DNA of 64,000 bases from Paraphysomonas bandaiensis (Eukaryota > Protista > Chrysophyceae). The translations under genes and the position numbers were made by a program. The stretch is from the NCBI GenBank assembly GCA_965644295.1, contig CBFFRP010000232.1:1-64000 (forward strand), given 5' to 3'. The notes beneath the pieces are model-generated. The model saw only the letters and a list, made by a program, of their open reading frames with translations. It did no database searches and was not told the DNA's origin. Of the stretch, positions 10,501 to 23,600 are shown in pieces; within the stretch, counting starts at the first letter, position 1, and each line of letters begins with the position of its first letter.

Positions 10501-13500
10501 GAGCTTTCATCTGTTGAAGAGATGAAATCAGTCCTGGAGGCTGCTAAGGAGAAGGCAGAGCATATGAAGAATGATTTCAGAAACCGAATGGCTGAAGCAG
10601 AGAGACAAAGAGTTGCAGATGTGGAGGCAGCTGAACAGCGAGTAGAACAGAGATACGAATTGCGCATGAACGAACTTAGCACTTTACAAGCTAAATTCGC
10701 CGCAATACAAGGTCAGATGCAGGAGGCATTTCAGGACAGTGAGGCGGCAAAGCAGCGTGAAGAACTGGCCAAAAACTCCGCCGCCAAAGCCCAAGCTCAT
10801 GCGACCATGATGCGAACTGAAATAGAGCAGCTTCGGAAACAGATAAGTGACTTACAGGAGCAAAACGACGGTAACACAGGTACTGATAACGCAGTCAGCA
10901 AGCACTCTCAAGAGTCTATGATGCGTCGATTGGATAATGAAAGGCAATATTTAAAGAGTCAACTTTCCAGTGAAATTACACTGAAAAATGAACTTCAAAA
11001 TACTCTCACACACTGTCAGAAGCAGTTATCAGATATTCAACGACAGTGGACCGAGGACGTAGAAGTTTTGAAGGAAGCGAAGCGGCAATCGGAAGCAGAG
11101 GCTGTGCAAATTGAACAACGGTTGAACCAAAGGGTAACAGTTTTGAAATCTGAGAGCGAAAGAGCGAAGTCTCAACTTGAAGACATGAAGGAAGGATTCG
11201 TCAAAATGCGTGAACAGCTTCGATCAGAACAGACCTCTCTGGAGAATGCAAAGGCTGTTATTAAACGACTAAATGAGGAGTTAGAATCAACGAGAGAAGA
11301 GATAGCAGCGCTAAAGGAAGAAGAACAACGGAATACGAAAATGTATAGGGATCAGTTGGATGCTGTTACTACGTCAATGCGTGAAATGGAGGAATCGAAG
11401 TCCGAAACAATTAAAGGTCTTCGTGAAGAACTTAGCAGGCAATTCCTTGAAACTTCAACCGTGCAGAAGCAAAGTATTGTTCTTAAACGGGAAATCCAGG
11501 AAGAAAAACATGGGTTTAGTCGCAAGGTTGAAGCTATTCGCCTATATAGCTCTCTGGTTAGGTGGCACAATAATAATCTTGGACACTATTTTAGGTTGTG
11601 GACTAAAAATGCTAGTCTAGTTTACGCTGCGTCTCAGTTCCGTAAGAAAATGAAAGAAGTACTCAAGCGTAAGGATGAGGAGCATTCGAAAGATAAGGAT
11701 TATATAATCCATGTCACTCAAACTGACTGTGAGATTAAATTTCGCGAAGAATTAGAGGAAACTAAGAACGCGGCTAAGAAGGAAGTTGCGGACACAGTTG
11801 AGCATTACGAACAACTAATTGAAGAAGAACGAGTGCGTCATGAGGAACATGAACGTCAAGCATTGGCGGACAAAGAGATAGAGTGGCAAGAGAGTATGGA
11901 AGAGCTGCAACATGCGCATAAGAAGGATATGAATGATCTTGTTGAGCAGCATCAACAGCAAGTACAGGAGTTGAAAACTAAATTTAAAGATGAGATGTCC
12001 AGACAGACAGGAATGTTGCAGGATCAGGCCTACCGAGAAAAACTCGATGTTATTGACTCTACAACGAGAGATCTTACTGCCAAGTTCGAACAAGAGAAAA
12101 CAGAGCTCGAAGATAACCATTTCGATAAAATTCAATCGATTGAGCAACGTCATGTGGCTGAAATGAATTCATTGAGAGAGTCTCTAGAAAGCAAGAAAAA
12201 TGAAGAGATCAAACTTCTTCATATAGATTTTAGCAAGAAAGAAGCAGATATCCGACGAGAACTTGCCCTTGAAATGTCAAGGCTAGAAGCCAGGCTAGAA
12301 GATGATAAAAAGCAAGCTATTGCAGATTGCGAAGCTGAGACGGAGCGACTATTAAGTGAAGCCAGACAGGATGCACACATAGCATCGGAAGAACGTATAC
12401 GTCTCATGCGGGAGCTTTGGGAGGAGGAGCTGGCCGAGAAAATGAAAGCAAAAGACCAGGAAGCTGAAGCCAAGGCTTGCGCTCGTGTTGATGAAGCGAA
12501 CCTTCAGGCCTCCGAGTTGAAAGCGAAAGCAGTGAAACTTGAAACGTCGAAATGGCAGCAGGTTTTGAAAGAAGCAGAGAAGCGATATGCACTTGAGGTA
12601 CAGCAGGCACGAGTTAAAGGGTTTGCCGAATGTGAACAGAAACTACGGAATGAAATGCAAGTAGCAACTGATGATAATGCCCGAAAAATATTGGTCGCTG
12701 AGGATCGAAATCGTGAAGCAATGGACTCATTGAGGCGCGAATATATGGAGAAAATCGATAAATTGAAGGATGAGCACGACCTAGATACCAAAAAGGTCAT
12801 CAAAGAGACAGAGGAGAGGGTCAAAAAAGAAATCGATGATGGAATGCAGCTTAAAATTGCAGGTATTGTTGCCGAAGCACAAGAAGAAGTAAGAGTTCAT
12901 TGGCAAGAAAAGCTCTCCAGAGAAGAGGCCAGACTGGAGAGAATGAAGGCTGATATGTCACGAATGACTCATTCTCAGGCAGAAGACCGAAGGCATTTAC
13001 AGACACAAATAGATACTCTTGAAATTCGTCTTCAACAAAAGGAAATATCATGTAATGAAATTGTTCAAAAATTAGAGCAAGAAATTCAACGAGGAAAGGA
13101 TCAATTCTTAGCGAATCAGAAGAAGCTAAGAAAGGAACTCACTGATGATTTTGAAGAAGAGAAGGAGGAAATATTGACGAAAGCAAGAGCTGAGTGGGAA
13201 GAAGAAACCAGGAGGCGTATTGCTCACGAACGTGACCAAGTAAACCAGCAGTTGGATGTCCAAATGTCTGAAATGCAGGAGGAAAATGACCGTCTGATAT
13301 CTAATTTGGAGTCCGCAATGTCAGATTTGAGGAAAGAGAAAGTTGCATTGTCAGATGAGCTTGAGTCAGCGACCACAAAGCTTGAGAATACTGAGGATTC
13401 ATTGTATGACTCCCAGCAAGCATTCACAAAGCTTCAAAAGACTCACTCCTTGATGCTGTGGAAAACTGCCACCCGTGCTGTAAATATGCAGCAGTTGTTC

Positions 13501-14223
13501 CGCAAAGAATTGACTAAGCAAACGAAAGACGCAGAGTCGACATTAGCCCACGCCCAAGCGGAGTCGAAAGAGAAGCTACAAGACCTCATCATGATTGGGT
13601 TTAAGCTGTCTGCTCTAATTATTGACAGTGAAAAAACTCGACAGATGTTGAACTCCACTCTTTCGTCGTACAAGTCAGATGAATTAATAGAAAAACGGAC
13701 AGCTATTAAACTCTTGGAGAAAGAAGTGTCGCGCATGGCAGAGGAGAAGGACATGATGGAAGAGCAAAGGGATGCTATAGAGGACGAAACGCAGGAGCTA
13801 GAGGAACAGGTGAAAGATATGGAAGATCAAATCAGAGAGCACAATAGAGCTTCGAGCGTTATGCAGAATGGAAGAATCAATGTTGCTCATGCTCGGAAAA
13901 AGAAACGCTTTGACACCGAGCTTGAGCGAATGCTTGATTTAATTGAGCAAAAGCGCAGTCAGATTGCAGATATGGATGAAAGGATTGGCCGATTGGTGAT
14001 TACGAAGGATGAAAAGGAGTCAGAATTGGTAGATTTGGAGAAAAGCTTAGTTGTGATATTGATCGAGCAGCAACGACTGGTATTGAATCAAGTCGAAAGC
14101 TCAAAATCAATTGAAGAAAAAGCTAAAATGCTGATCAAAATGTCCATGCTTCCGTGGCCTCCACCCGAAGCACCCACCCATAGCGATGTAGAAATGGTGT
14201 TAGGGATAAAAAAGGAATCATAG
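7522..14223 (+). CDS. Very large multi-exon coiled-coil protein of unknown function (roughly 2100-2200 aa)
   Basis: ORFs 7513-8808, 8914-9219 and 9391-14223 are linked by short GT..AG introns; long E/K/Q/R-rich heptad region. Confidence 0.8.
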
Positions 14224-15093
14224 GCGAATAGTTTAGCTGATAAAACTTTCCATGTAGTGTATATGTGTCTTTTCGTAATTTAATGTTTTAAGGGATCTGT
14301 AATCGTGCTGGACCTATAGGGGTGATGTTAACGCTTGAACTACACTCTCCGAGTTGCATAATGATGTGGCATAAGCGGGTGGAAAACGATAAATAGTACA
14401 TGCGCTAGATAGAATCGGGAATATATTGCCCCTGTAGTTCCCAGGACCAGGTAGAAATATTTTGGATTGCAATATATATCGCAATTATTTATTTTTGCTG
14501 GCTACACGATATTTACTATTAATTTAACAAATATAGCCTCGCAACATATTGATATATAATATTGTTCATGCTTGTGTGTCTTTAAGAATATATTTAATTA
14601 ATCATAAATTACTCTTCATAATCACATGACTCATCTATTATTATAATATCGAACAATTCTGATACTTACCTGATAAAAACGCTATTCATGTTCTATATTA
14701 TTAGAATTCGTACTGTATCTGTCAAGCTATTCACCAAATTATAAACTCCAAACTGTTAAACGTATGCTGTACTCCTCGTACAGTTTATGATATTTAAGAG
14801 CATGCCAATGTAAATAAGCAAGATTCCAATAAAATAATCGTTATATCCGCCAATTTTCATACAATATCAAAATTATAATTCGATTTCAAACTATTCGACC
14901 GTCTAATGTTCCTTATAAATTGTCAAGTAATGATAAAAAATACCATATTTTGACACACTGAGAAGTTGTTAAAAAGCGACATATTTATGGTAGCAGGCAG
15001 CGGAAGCGAGCATGTGTATTCACCAGCGAACTCGCTTTACCACAGCATGTTGCTTGCTTACTGCGTTTGCTTTGAGTGATAGAGCGGTAGTGA

Positions 15094-15242
15094 TTGCACC
15101 TTGATGCATGCGGTGGCGCACAAGCAGCTTTCGTAGCGTTAAAGTGTGGGATATCAGAGTTACGCACTAGTTAGTTAAATTGCAATGCTACATTAGTTCT
15201 GACTCTTACATGCCTATTGTCAATAATCAGACATTCCCTGCT
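15094..15242. repeat. Dispersed repeat, about 80% identical to 39899-40047
   Basis: Ungapped manual alignment, about 119/149 identical. Confidence 0.85.
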
Positions 15243-15387
15243 GCGAGCAGTTACCATGTCATCTATATATTATATATGATGTGACCATAAATGATATACT
15301 CATGAGGAGAGGACACTTAATTAATATCACTATCTAAATTCAATTATTTCGATATCAACCAAAATATTATATCACGATTACTAGTAT

Positions 15388-17513
15388 CTATCGTGGTAAC
15401 TGATTAATTAGTTCCGCATATTTCCCTCCAGATCTCAGCAGCTCATAGTGCGTACCTTGCTGCACTAGTTTCCCCTTATCCAATACAATTATAATATCGG
15501 CATCTTGAACAGTGGACAATCTATGGGCCACTATAACTGTGGTTCGATCTTCACCAAGCGATTTCAACTGACTCATTATATCATATTCAGTTGCTGTGTC
15601 AAGTGATGATGTGGGTTCATCACACAGGAGTATAGGAGCGTCCTTCAGCATCGCGCGAGCAATAGCTACCCTCTGCTTCTCACCACCTGACAGCTTCATA
15701 CCACGCTCTCCCACAACAGTATTCAAACCATTTGAGACGTTGTTAACAACCGAGTCAAGCTTCGCTTTTTTGATCACATTATTCACTTCCTCAGTAGATG
15801 CTGAGAAGTTACCGTACGATATGTTATAGCCAAGCGTATCGTTAAAAAGAATCGTTTCTTGTGGTACCACGCCAATGGCATGTCTCAGAGACTCCATTGT
15901 AACCGAGCGTAAGTCCTATTCAGTCAGTACAACGATTATTAGTACAATGCTATTAGGAATTATATCACACACAGATCATGCAGGTTATGTCGTCAGAAGC
16001 TATGTCGTCCTACCTGTCCATCGATCGATACGCTCCCACTGTCGGCATCATAAAAACGGTAAAGAAGACGCAATATCGTACTTTTCCCCGATCCAGATGA
16101 TCCTACAATTGCTACAGTCTTACCAGCTGGAATAGTAAAGCTCAACCCATCGAGAATCTTTCGTCCATTACCACTCACATTACTGACTGTCGATTGACTG
16201 TCGTCCGGAGAGTTAGAAGAGCCTTGCACTTCTTCAATTCCACCCTCTCCTTTATTATCACCCCCACTCGTCGATGGTTCCCGATAAGAAAAGTGTACAT
16301 CTTTAAAGGTGATGGTTCCACCCCGAAGCTGCAATGCGGTTGCATTGGGGGCATCTTTTACTTCCGCTGATATATCCCGCAACTTAAATAGCGCATCCAT
16401 ATCAACCATGGACTGACGAAGCTCACGATATACCATACCGATAAAATTTAATGGGATCGAAAGTTGAAATAGTAGGCCATTTACGAGAACTAAATCACCT
16501 ACTGTTGCGGTCCCGGCTGCAATACTGTCGACGCAGAGATACATCATTGCGGTGAGTCCACATGAAAATATGGCATTCTGGCCAAAATTGAGGAAGCTAA
16601 GTGACGACTGTGTTAGTACAGACGCTTTCTGAAATGCAGCAAGAGATGAGTCGTAGCGTGCTACTTCGTGATCAACATTATTGAATAACTTCACAGTTTC
16701 ATAATTGAGCAATGAATCCATAGCTTTCCCACTTGCCCGATTCTCCTGTGAATTCATAGCTTTGCGGACCTGTATACGCCAGTCTGAAACTTGCACTGTA
16801 AAGGCTGTGTAGGCACCTATCGTCGATACAGCCACTACTGCATATTCCCATCCCAGATTATACACTAACAGGCTGCTCACAAGACCTACTTCAAAGGATG
16901 TCGGAACCACGTTGAACAAAATAGAAGTTAGGGCGAAGTTGATTGACCTTGAACCACGATCAATAACCCGAAATAAAGTACCAGTGTTTCTACTTGTATG
17001 AAACCTCATATCAAGGTTATGGAGGTGTCTGAAAACATCTCGACCAACATTGCGAATGGCTTCATTGGCGACTGTTGCGAATATTGTGTTTCTCAACTCC
17101 TGAAATCCAACAGCTGTACTTCGAGCAATTCCATACCCTAAAACAAGCGCAATAGGAAGAGTTTGTGCAGTGGTTGCTGGATCAGTCGGAATGGCACTGT
17201 AGACATCAATGAGTTCTTTAAATATAAATGGCACTGATATCGTTACAAGTTTAGATGAGAACAATAATCCCAACGACCCCAACACTCTGAGCTTAATATC
17301 AGCTTCATTAGGATGATTGGATGGCCATATATGTGTAATTAGTTCCTTTACGATTTTCACACGCGATTCTTTTTCTTTTTCTTTATCTAGTTTAGTGCTA
17401 TAGGATTTGTCGTATAGAGATACAGTAGCTGCATGATGCACGAATGAACTTCTTCGAAGTCGTCTGTTGCAATGATGCAATACAACTCGATGAGATAAAT
17501 AAGTTGAGAACAT
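15388..17513 (-). CDS. ATM1: Mitochondrial ABC half-transporter ATM1/ABCB7
   Basis: Basic N-terminal presequence, ATM1-type TMD ([16 protein letters not shown]), Walker [24 protein letters not shown]; one intron at about 15917-16013. Confidence 0.93.
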
Positions 17514-18081
17514 TAGTAGAGTTACAGAAGGTATATCATTGCAATAGGAGTCCTATGGGAATAGAGTTGCATGCATGCCTGCTTATACAGAGCCATTCTA
17601 TAAGAAAATAATTCTAATATGCTGATACTGTAATACAGTGAAACTACAGTTGTATACTACAGTGCTTTCTATATTGTATTCTCCATATTGTATTTTCACA
17701 GTATATCAACGTATTATGAACATTCTCCCACCATCCGTTTATACGGGCTAATCCCCCGTCCTTCTAACTACCCGTTTATAAAAGTTTTCTACCATCCGTT
17801 TCTACAGACTACCAATCGTCCACTTCAACTACCCGTTCTTTTCTTTCTACCTCTTTCCCACACCATTCATCTATCCACTATGACTGGTGGATGTACACCT
17901 GCTGCTGTATACTCCTCCTACATACACCACACTACTCCTCTACATACACATACATACATACATACACATCCATCCCTCCCACTCAACTCCTCCAATCCAT
18001 CGACTACAAACCATCCTCTCATCTCATTCTATCAAACTTCCATTCCATCCTATTGTCACACAATTAATGTTACATAATAAA

Positions 18082-18747
18082 ATGAGCTTTACATTCTCAT
18101 CTGAAGTTGTTATTGGCATATCTACTCTTGTAGTAGTTATTGGATCAGTACTATACTATAAAATATCATCCAATACATCGAAGAGTATTACAACTAATAA
18201 AACAAACTCAGATGTATCAAATGATTCAAATCGAGGAAGATCATATTCTAATTTAGAAGAAAAATATCCTGCTGGTAAAATGAGTATTTATTTTGGATCA
18301 CAAACTGGGACAGCAGAGGGATTTGCTCGTGTTATTATGTCAGATGCACATAAGAGTGGATTTGATGCGAAATTGATTGATTTAGAAGACTATGAACCAG
18401 AACAATTACAATCATGTCGTCTTGCTGTATTTTTAATTGCAACATATGGTGAAGGAGATCCAACTGATAATGCAGCCAAATTTTTTGAATGGATGAAGAA
18501 CGAAGATGGCAGTATTGAAGATGGCTTTTTGTCCAATGTCGATTTCTGTGTGTTTGGGTTAGGTAATTCTCAATATGAAAATTACAATAGAATGGGTCGT
18601 CTTATGAATGAGGGATTGGAAAAACTTGGTGCTCGACGTGTATTTCAGTACATGGAGGGTGATGACGATGCAACTCTTGAGGATGACTTCGAATCTTGGA
18701 AAGGACAGGTTGTTCCTGCTTTGGTACAGAAGTATCATCCACCATAG
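18082..18747 (+). pseudogene. CPR: NADPH-cytochrome P450 reductase 5' part (TM anchor + FMN domain), truncated at the duplication junction
   Basis: YFGSQTGTAEGFA, ATYGEGDPTDNA, FGLGNSQYE, GDDD motifs. The stop TAG at 18745-18747 spans the junction; no FAD/NADPH domains in the window. Confidence 0.88.
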
Positions 18748-18789
18748 TGCCTCATCTATCTACTTGTGTTTCCTAATTAAGCATTACAG

Positions 18790-20038
18790 AGGAGTGCAGT
18801 GTTGAAACTTGACGTAGATAATTTCGACAAGTATGTTGATGGATCTACTAATGTTATGGTGAAGTTCTATGCACCATGGTGAGGTGTTTTGGTTATGTTA
18901 TCCTGATATAACACTTATAATGGTACAGGTGTGGGCATTGCAAGAGTATGGCCCCCGATTACAACATGGTAGCATTAACATTCCAACCAGAAGATGATAT
19001 TCTTATTGCAGAAGTAGATGGTACCGAGGAATCTGAGCTGTCTCAGTTATATTTAATATCTGGCTATCCAACAATTCTATATTTCCCAAAGGGGTCAAAC
19101 AACCCAATTGTATATGACAATGAAAAAACCGCTGACGCGATGACCAGTTGGATTAACGATAGGTTGGGCTTGAAAAAGAAGCTTCCATTGCCGATGAGTA
19201 GTGTTGTTGATTTGGACTACTCTAATTTCTATGACTTCGCATATGACAAGCATAAGGGGGTAGTGGTGTTGTTCTATGGACCTGGGTGTCCTGGTGGGGG
19301 GTGCAATGTGAGGCTCTTACATTTTTGTAGTAAGCTTGTAATGTTTGGGTGAAACTTTTCAGGCAATGCTGCACAAGATGGATCTGCTTGCCAATATTTT
19401 CAAAGCTGATAAGCAAGTAGCCTTCGGACGGCTGGACGGTTCGACAGCACCTAAAATAGTTCGAGAGTAAGTATTTCGCTTCGTATTTGTATATAAATTG
19501 TCAATATGAGTTACTCTTATTATGCAATAGGTTTGGTACGCAATATTATCCAGTACTAGCATACTTCCACAAAATCGACGACGAAGGTTTTGGTGGAAAC
19601 AAGGGTGCACCAGAAATTCACGACGGCAAACCTGACCTCGCAAGCCTTGTAAAATTCATTAACACTCAAGCTGGTACAGCTAGAACACCAGATGGAGGCC
19701 TCATTGAAACTGCAGGAACGATACCAGCTATGGAAGACTTGATATCGAAGGCGCATGAGATAGACGACGTTCTCGTGGAGAAAATGACTGCTCTAAGAAA
19801 CACAATGGCTGAAGAGGGCGATAATGTTGATTCTGCTGACTTGTACGTTTCATACTCAAAGAAGATTGCAGAACGTGGATTGAAATATATACAGCATGAA
19901 ATCGAGAGACTTGAGAAACTTTCCAGTAAGGATTCAACTGTTTCTCTCGAAAAGAAGACGCTACTCATGCTTCGAGCAAATGTGTTAAAATCTTTTGCAA
20001 AGAATTTTCATGAGCCGTATTCATCACTAGGACTCTAA
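18790..20038 (+). pseudogene. Duplicate PDI lacking exon 1 (start codon and signal peptide)
   Basis: Inverted copy of 5606-6854; the breakpoint falls just inside PDI intron 1. Confidence 0.85.
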
Positions 20039-20166
20039 AAGGCACCATTCTTAAGTAAGATAATTTACTTCAGCAATACAATTATATTTTCCCAACTTCT
20101 TGGCTTGTTGCGTTTTCCTGGTATCTCTCTAATCCGTCTGAAAGGTGCAGTCGTAGTGGTGTATGT

Positions 20167-20486
20167 TGTTAGAAATAGACATTTTTAGTAATAAGACCTT
20201 TGTTAACACTTATATGGAATATTATATAATTATAAGAGATACCATACTTCATTCATTGACGTTCACCAACTCTTTCTATCTCTACTACACCAACCATTTC
20301 TAGTACGATCTTACATCGTCACTATCTTGTACAGTCAGTATATTTCAGTTTTATCACTACAATGGCTATCATATTATTGGTTCTCATACTACAGCTAGCT
20401 ACTACTGTATTCTTTGAGTAACGGATATAATTCTAATATCTTGGAAACTACAGCTTTTAATTGCTCACAAACAGCAAAACTCAACA
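20167..20486 (-). repeat. 3' LTR of copia copy 2
   Basis: Reverse complement of 5158-5477. Confidence 0.95.
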
Positions 20487-20613
20487 CTCCCTCTCAATTC
20501 AAAGCTGTAACACATGGCATAACTGACGGATACGCAACCACCGAAACCGTATAGGACAAACCGGTGGACGTATGGCTCCGACGTTTCAGCTAGCCTCTCC
20601 GTAGACAACACGT

Positions 20614-23600
20614 TTATGAGCCTCTGTTTCGTTTGTATGAATTCTCTCTGATGACATCCACAGATGACTTCTGATCTTCTCCTAGACATCTCTTTCTATG
20701 CTTCTCGTATATAACGCCACACAAAGATTTCGTAAATATGTCTGCAGTCTGGTTATCAGTTCCAACGTGATACAATATCGCAGTGTTAAAACGTCCTTCT
20801 GGATCTACATGTTCACGCACCCAGTGGTATTTGATTTCAATGTGTTTTGATCTTTTGTGGAACACTGGATTTAATGCTAGATCACGAGCACTCTGGCTAT
20901 CTAAAAAAAATGGAGTGGGTTCGTACAGTCGAAGTCCCAATTCGGCCAACACCCCCGAAGCCACACCAGTTCTTGCATGCCAGCGTACATAGCTTGGTAC
21001 TCACTCTGCATTGAAGACGTAGACACAGTAACTTGTAAGATTGATTGCCAGGTGAGTGGTCCACCTGCTGCAAACACAATGTATCCAGTTGTCGACCTTC
21101 GTGACACAGTATCGCCTGCCCAGTCAGCGTCTGTGAAAATATGCATGTCAAAGCTCTTACCACTGAACCGAATACCTTTCCGCACAGTACCCCTGATGTA
21201 TTGTAACAAATAAGTCATCAACTTGCATGTAGCCTTTGTTGGTTTCGAAGCATATCGTGACAATAGGCCAACAGCATACGCAATATCTGGACGCGTATTC
21301 ATTGATAGATATAGCATGGCACCTAGTAAGCTACGATAGGGATAATTGTCGACTCCCTCTTCCTCCTGAGATGAGTTCTCACTATCAGTGCAATTAATCC
21401 TGTCCATGGCATCTACAGGTAGTGGGGATTTGCGAACTTTGTTTGAAGGTCCAAGGAATGCTGCATATTTGGTGAGAATTTTTTCAGCGTATGTCGATTG
21501 GTCAAGTTGAATATAATTCTTGGTCCTTGTAACTCGAACGTTGAGAAAATGCTCTAATTCTCCCATGTCTGACATGTCAAATCTTTCACAAAACCGTTTC
21601 TTGATTTCTGTCAAAATAGTCAGATCCGCACAAGCGATTACTATATCATCAACGTATATGGTTAAGTACACACGATGACCTTTGTACATCATATAATATA
21701 GACATGGCTCTAAAATGCAGGGTTTGAATCCCAAAGACTTTATAAATCCATGTATGGTCTTCCACCATGAACGTGGAGAACTCCGAAGGCCATATAGTGA
21801 GCGATATAGTTTGAAACAGTGTCCTGGTGGCAACTGAAAATCGGGAGGAGGGTCCATGTACACGTCTCCTTCGATTTTAGCATAACAGAATGCATTCGAC
21901 ACGTCAAGTTGATGGATGTGCATACTAAACATGAAAGCAAGGGCAATGATTAGTCTAACCGTAATCGATTTCACCACAGGAGCAAATGTATTTTCGACGT
22001 CTATACCTGTCCTTTGACCATATCCCAGAGCGACCAGACGAGCTTTATGCTTTTTTATTGATCCATCTTTATTGTATTTTCGTTTGAACACATATCTGGA
22101 CTTTAGAGGTCTAATACCAGGTGGCGTCTCAACGACATTAAACACTTCCCGCTTGAATAATGCATTCCGTTCTAATCGTCTAGCTTCCTTCCAATTTGAA
22201 GCTTCAGGACATGTCAATGACTCTTCATACGTCTCAGGCTCTCTATAAGTAGACGAGTTAGACATAAGTGCGCAATCACTCTCATCACACAAGTTAACAA
22301 TCTCCTCGTCATGGAGAAGGTTTACCTCACCCAGGGTGGACACATTAGTCAACACCCTTCGGATTCGCGTACGTTTACCACTGGTCTCCCTTGACTCAGC
22401 ATGTACAGTACCACTATTCTCACTTGGCACACAAGAAGGTACATTCTCAAAGACACGATTCGCGCTGACCCCACTCGGTACAGCACCCGCACTACTCTCC
22501 GGCAAAGTACGAAGGGACATTCTCTTCCCTGGAATCTCATCCGCCGTAGACTTATTGGGCGTGTCACCCGAAGCCGGCGTAGATGACGATCCACCTCTCT
22601 TGTCGTCACAAGAACGAGGTTTTGAGTACAGCCTGCGGTTATAGTCACCAGTCAACTCGGCAATATCACGTACGTGAATAGGGACTTTTTCTTCTATCTG
22701 CTCTTTCCCAGCAGTTACTAGCGCCCTAAACGCCACAATTAGTCCTTTTCGCACCACAACTCTCGTAGTCTTGAAGAGAAACCCGTCGTCCACATGATAC
22801 GAACCAATCAGATGTTTAAACTCTTCAACTGATCGATCTAATGGGTCAGTTTTGACTAAGGCCTCTTCAAGCTCTGCATAGTACTCCTTATCTCTTGGAG
22901 GTATACTTTCATCATACAGAACATGTACTGATACGACTTCTTTGTCACCAAGCCACACACGGGATCCCTTTTTCGTATTGGATAGACCTATGAAATACCC
23001 AGTCTGCGACTTCTCCTGCCAGTCCTTTCGACGATCACCTTTGGGAATAAGCACATAAGCCTTGCACCCCCAGCGTCGAAATCTCGATAAGTCAGGGACT
23101 GAACCTCCTGGGACGCATTCCATTGGAGACATCCAACCTCGATATGTACGTGTAGGCATTCGTCGAACTATCATGCATGCATATACATAAGCATCCCACC
23201 AAAAAATTACGGGTAATCCTGAGTCCATTAACAGAGCCAGAGTCATTTCTCCCAATGTTCGATTCCTACGCTCAGATACACCATTCATCTCAGGGCTGTC
23301 TGTGGAGCTCCAAGTGATGCTAGTTCCAAACTTGCTCATTAAGTATTGCTGAATGGACTTGTCGATCAACTCAGCCCCCCATCCGAATGGTACTGTATCA
23401 ACCGGTGTGAACCGGGATATGTAGGGAGTTTACGCTCAACCCAGTCCTTCACGCAACTCAACACCTCATTCGCAGACCGTGTCTCCAACGGATATTCCCA
23501 AAACTCCTTGGTGGCTATATCTGATAATGTCAGAACATATTTGTATCCTTGTCTGGATGGGCAATTGAAATATACAGCAATGTCCACAGAAACCTTCTCA

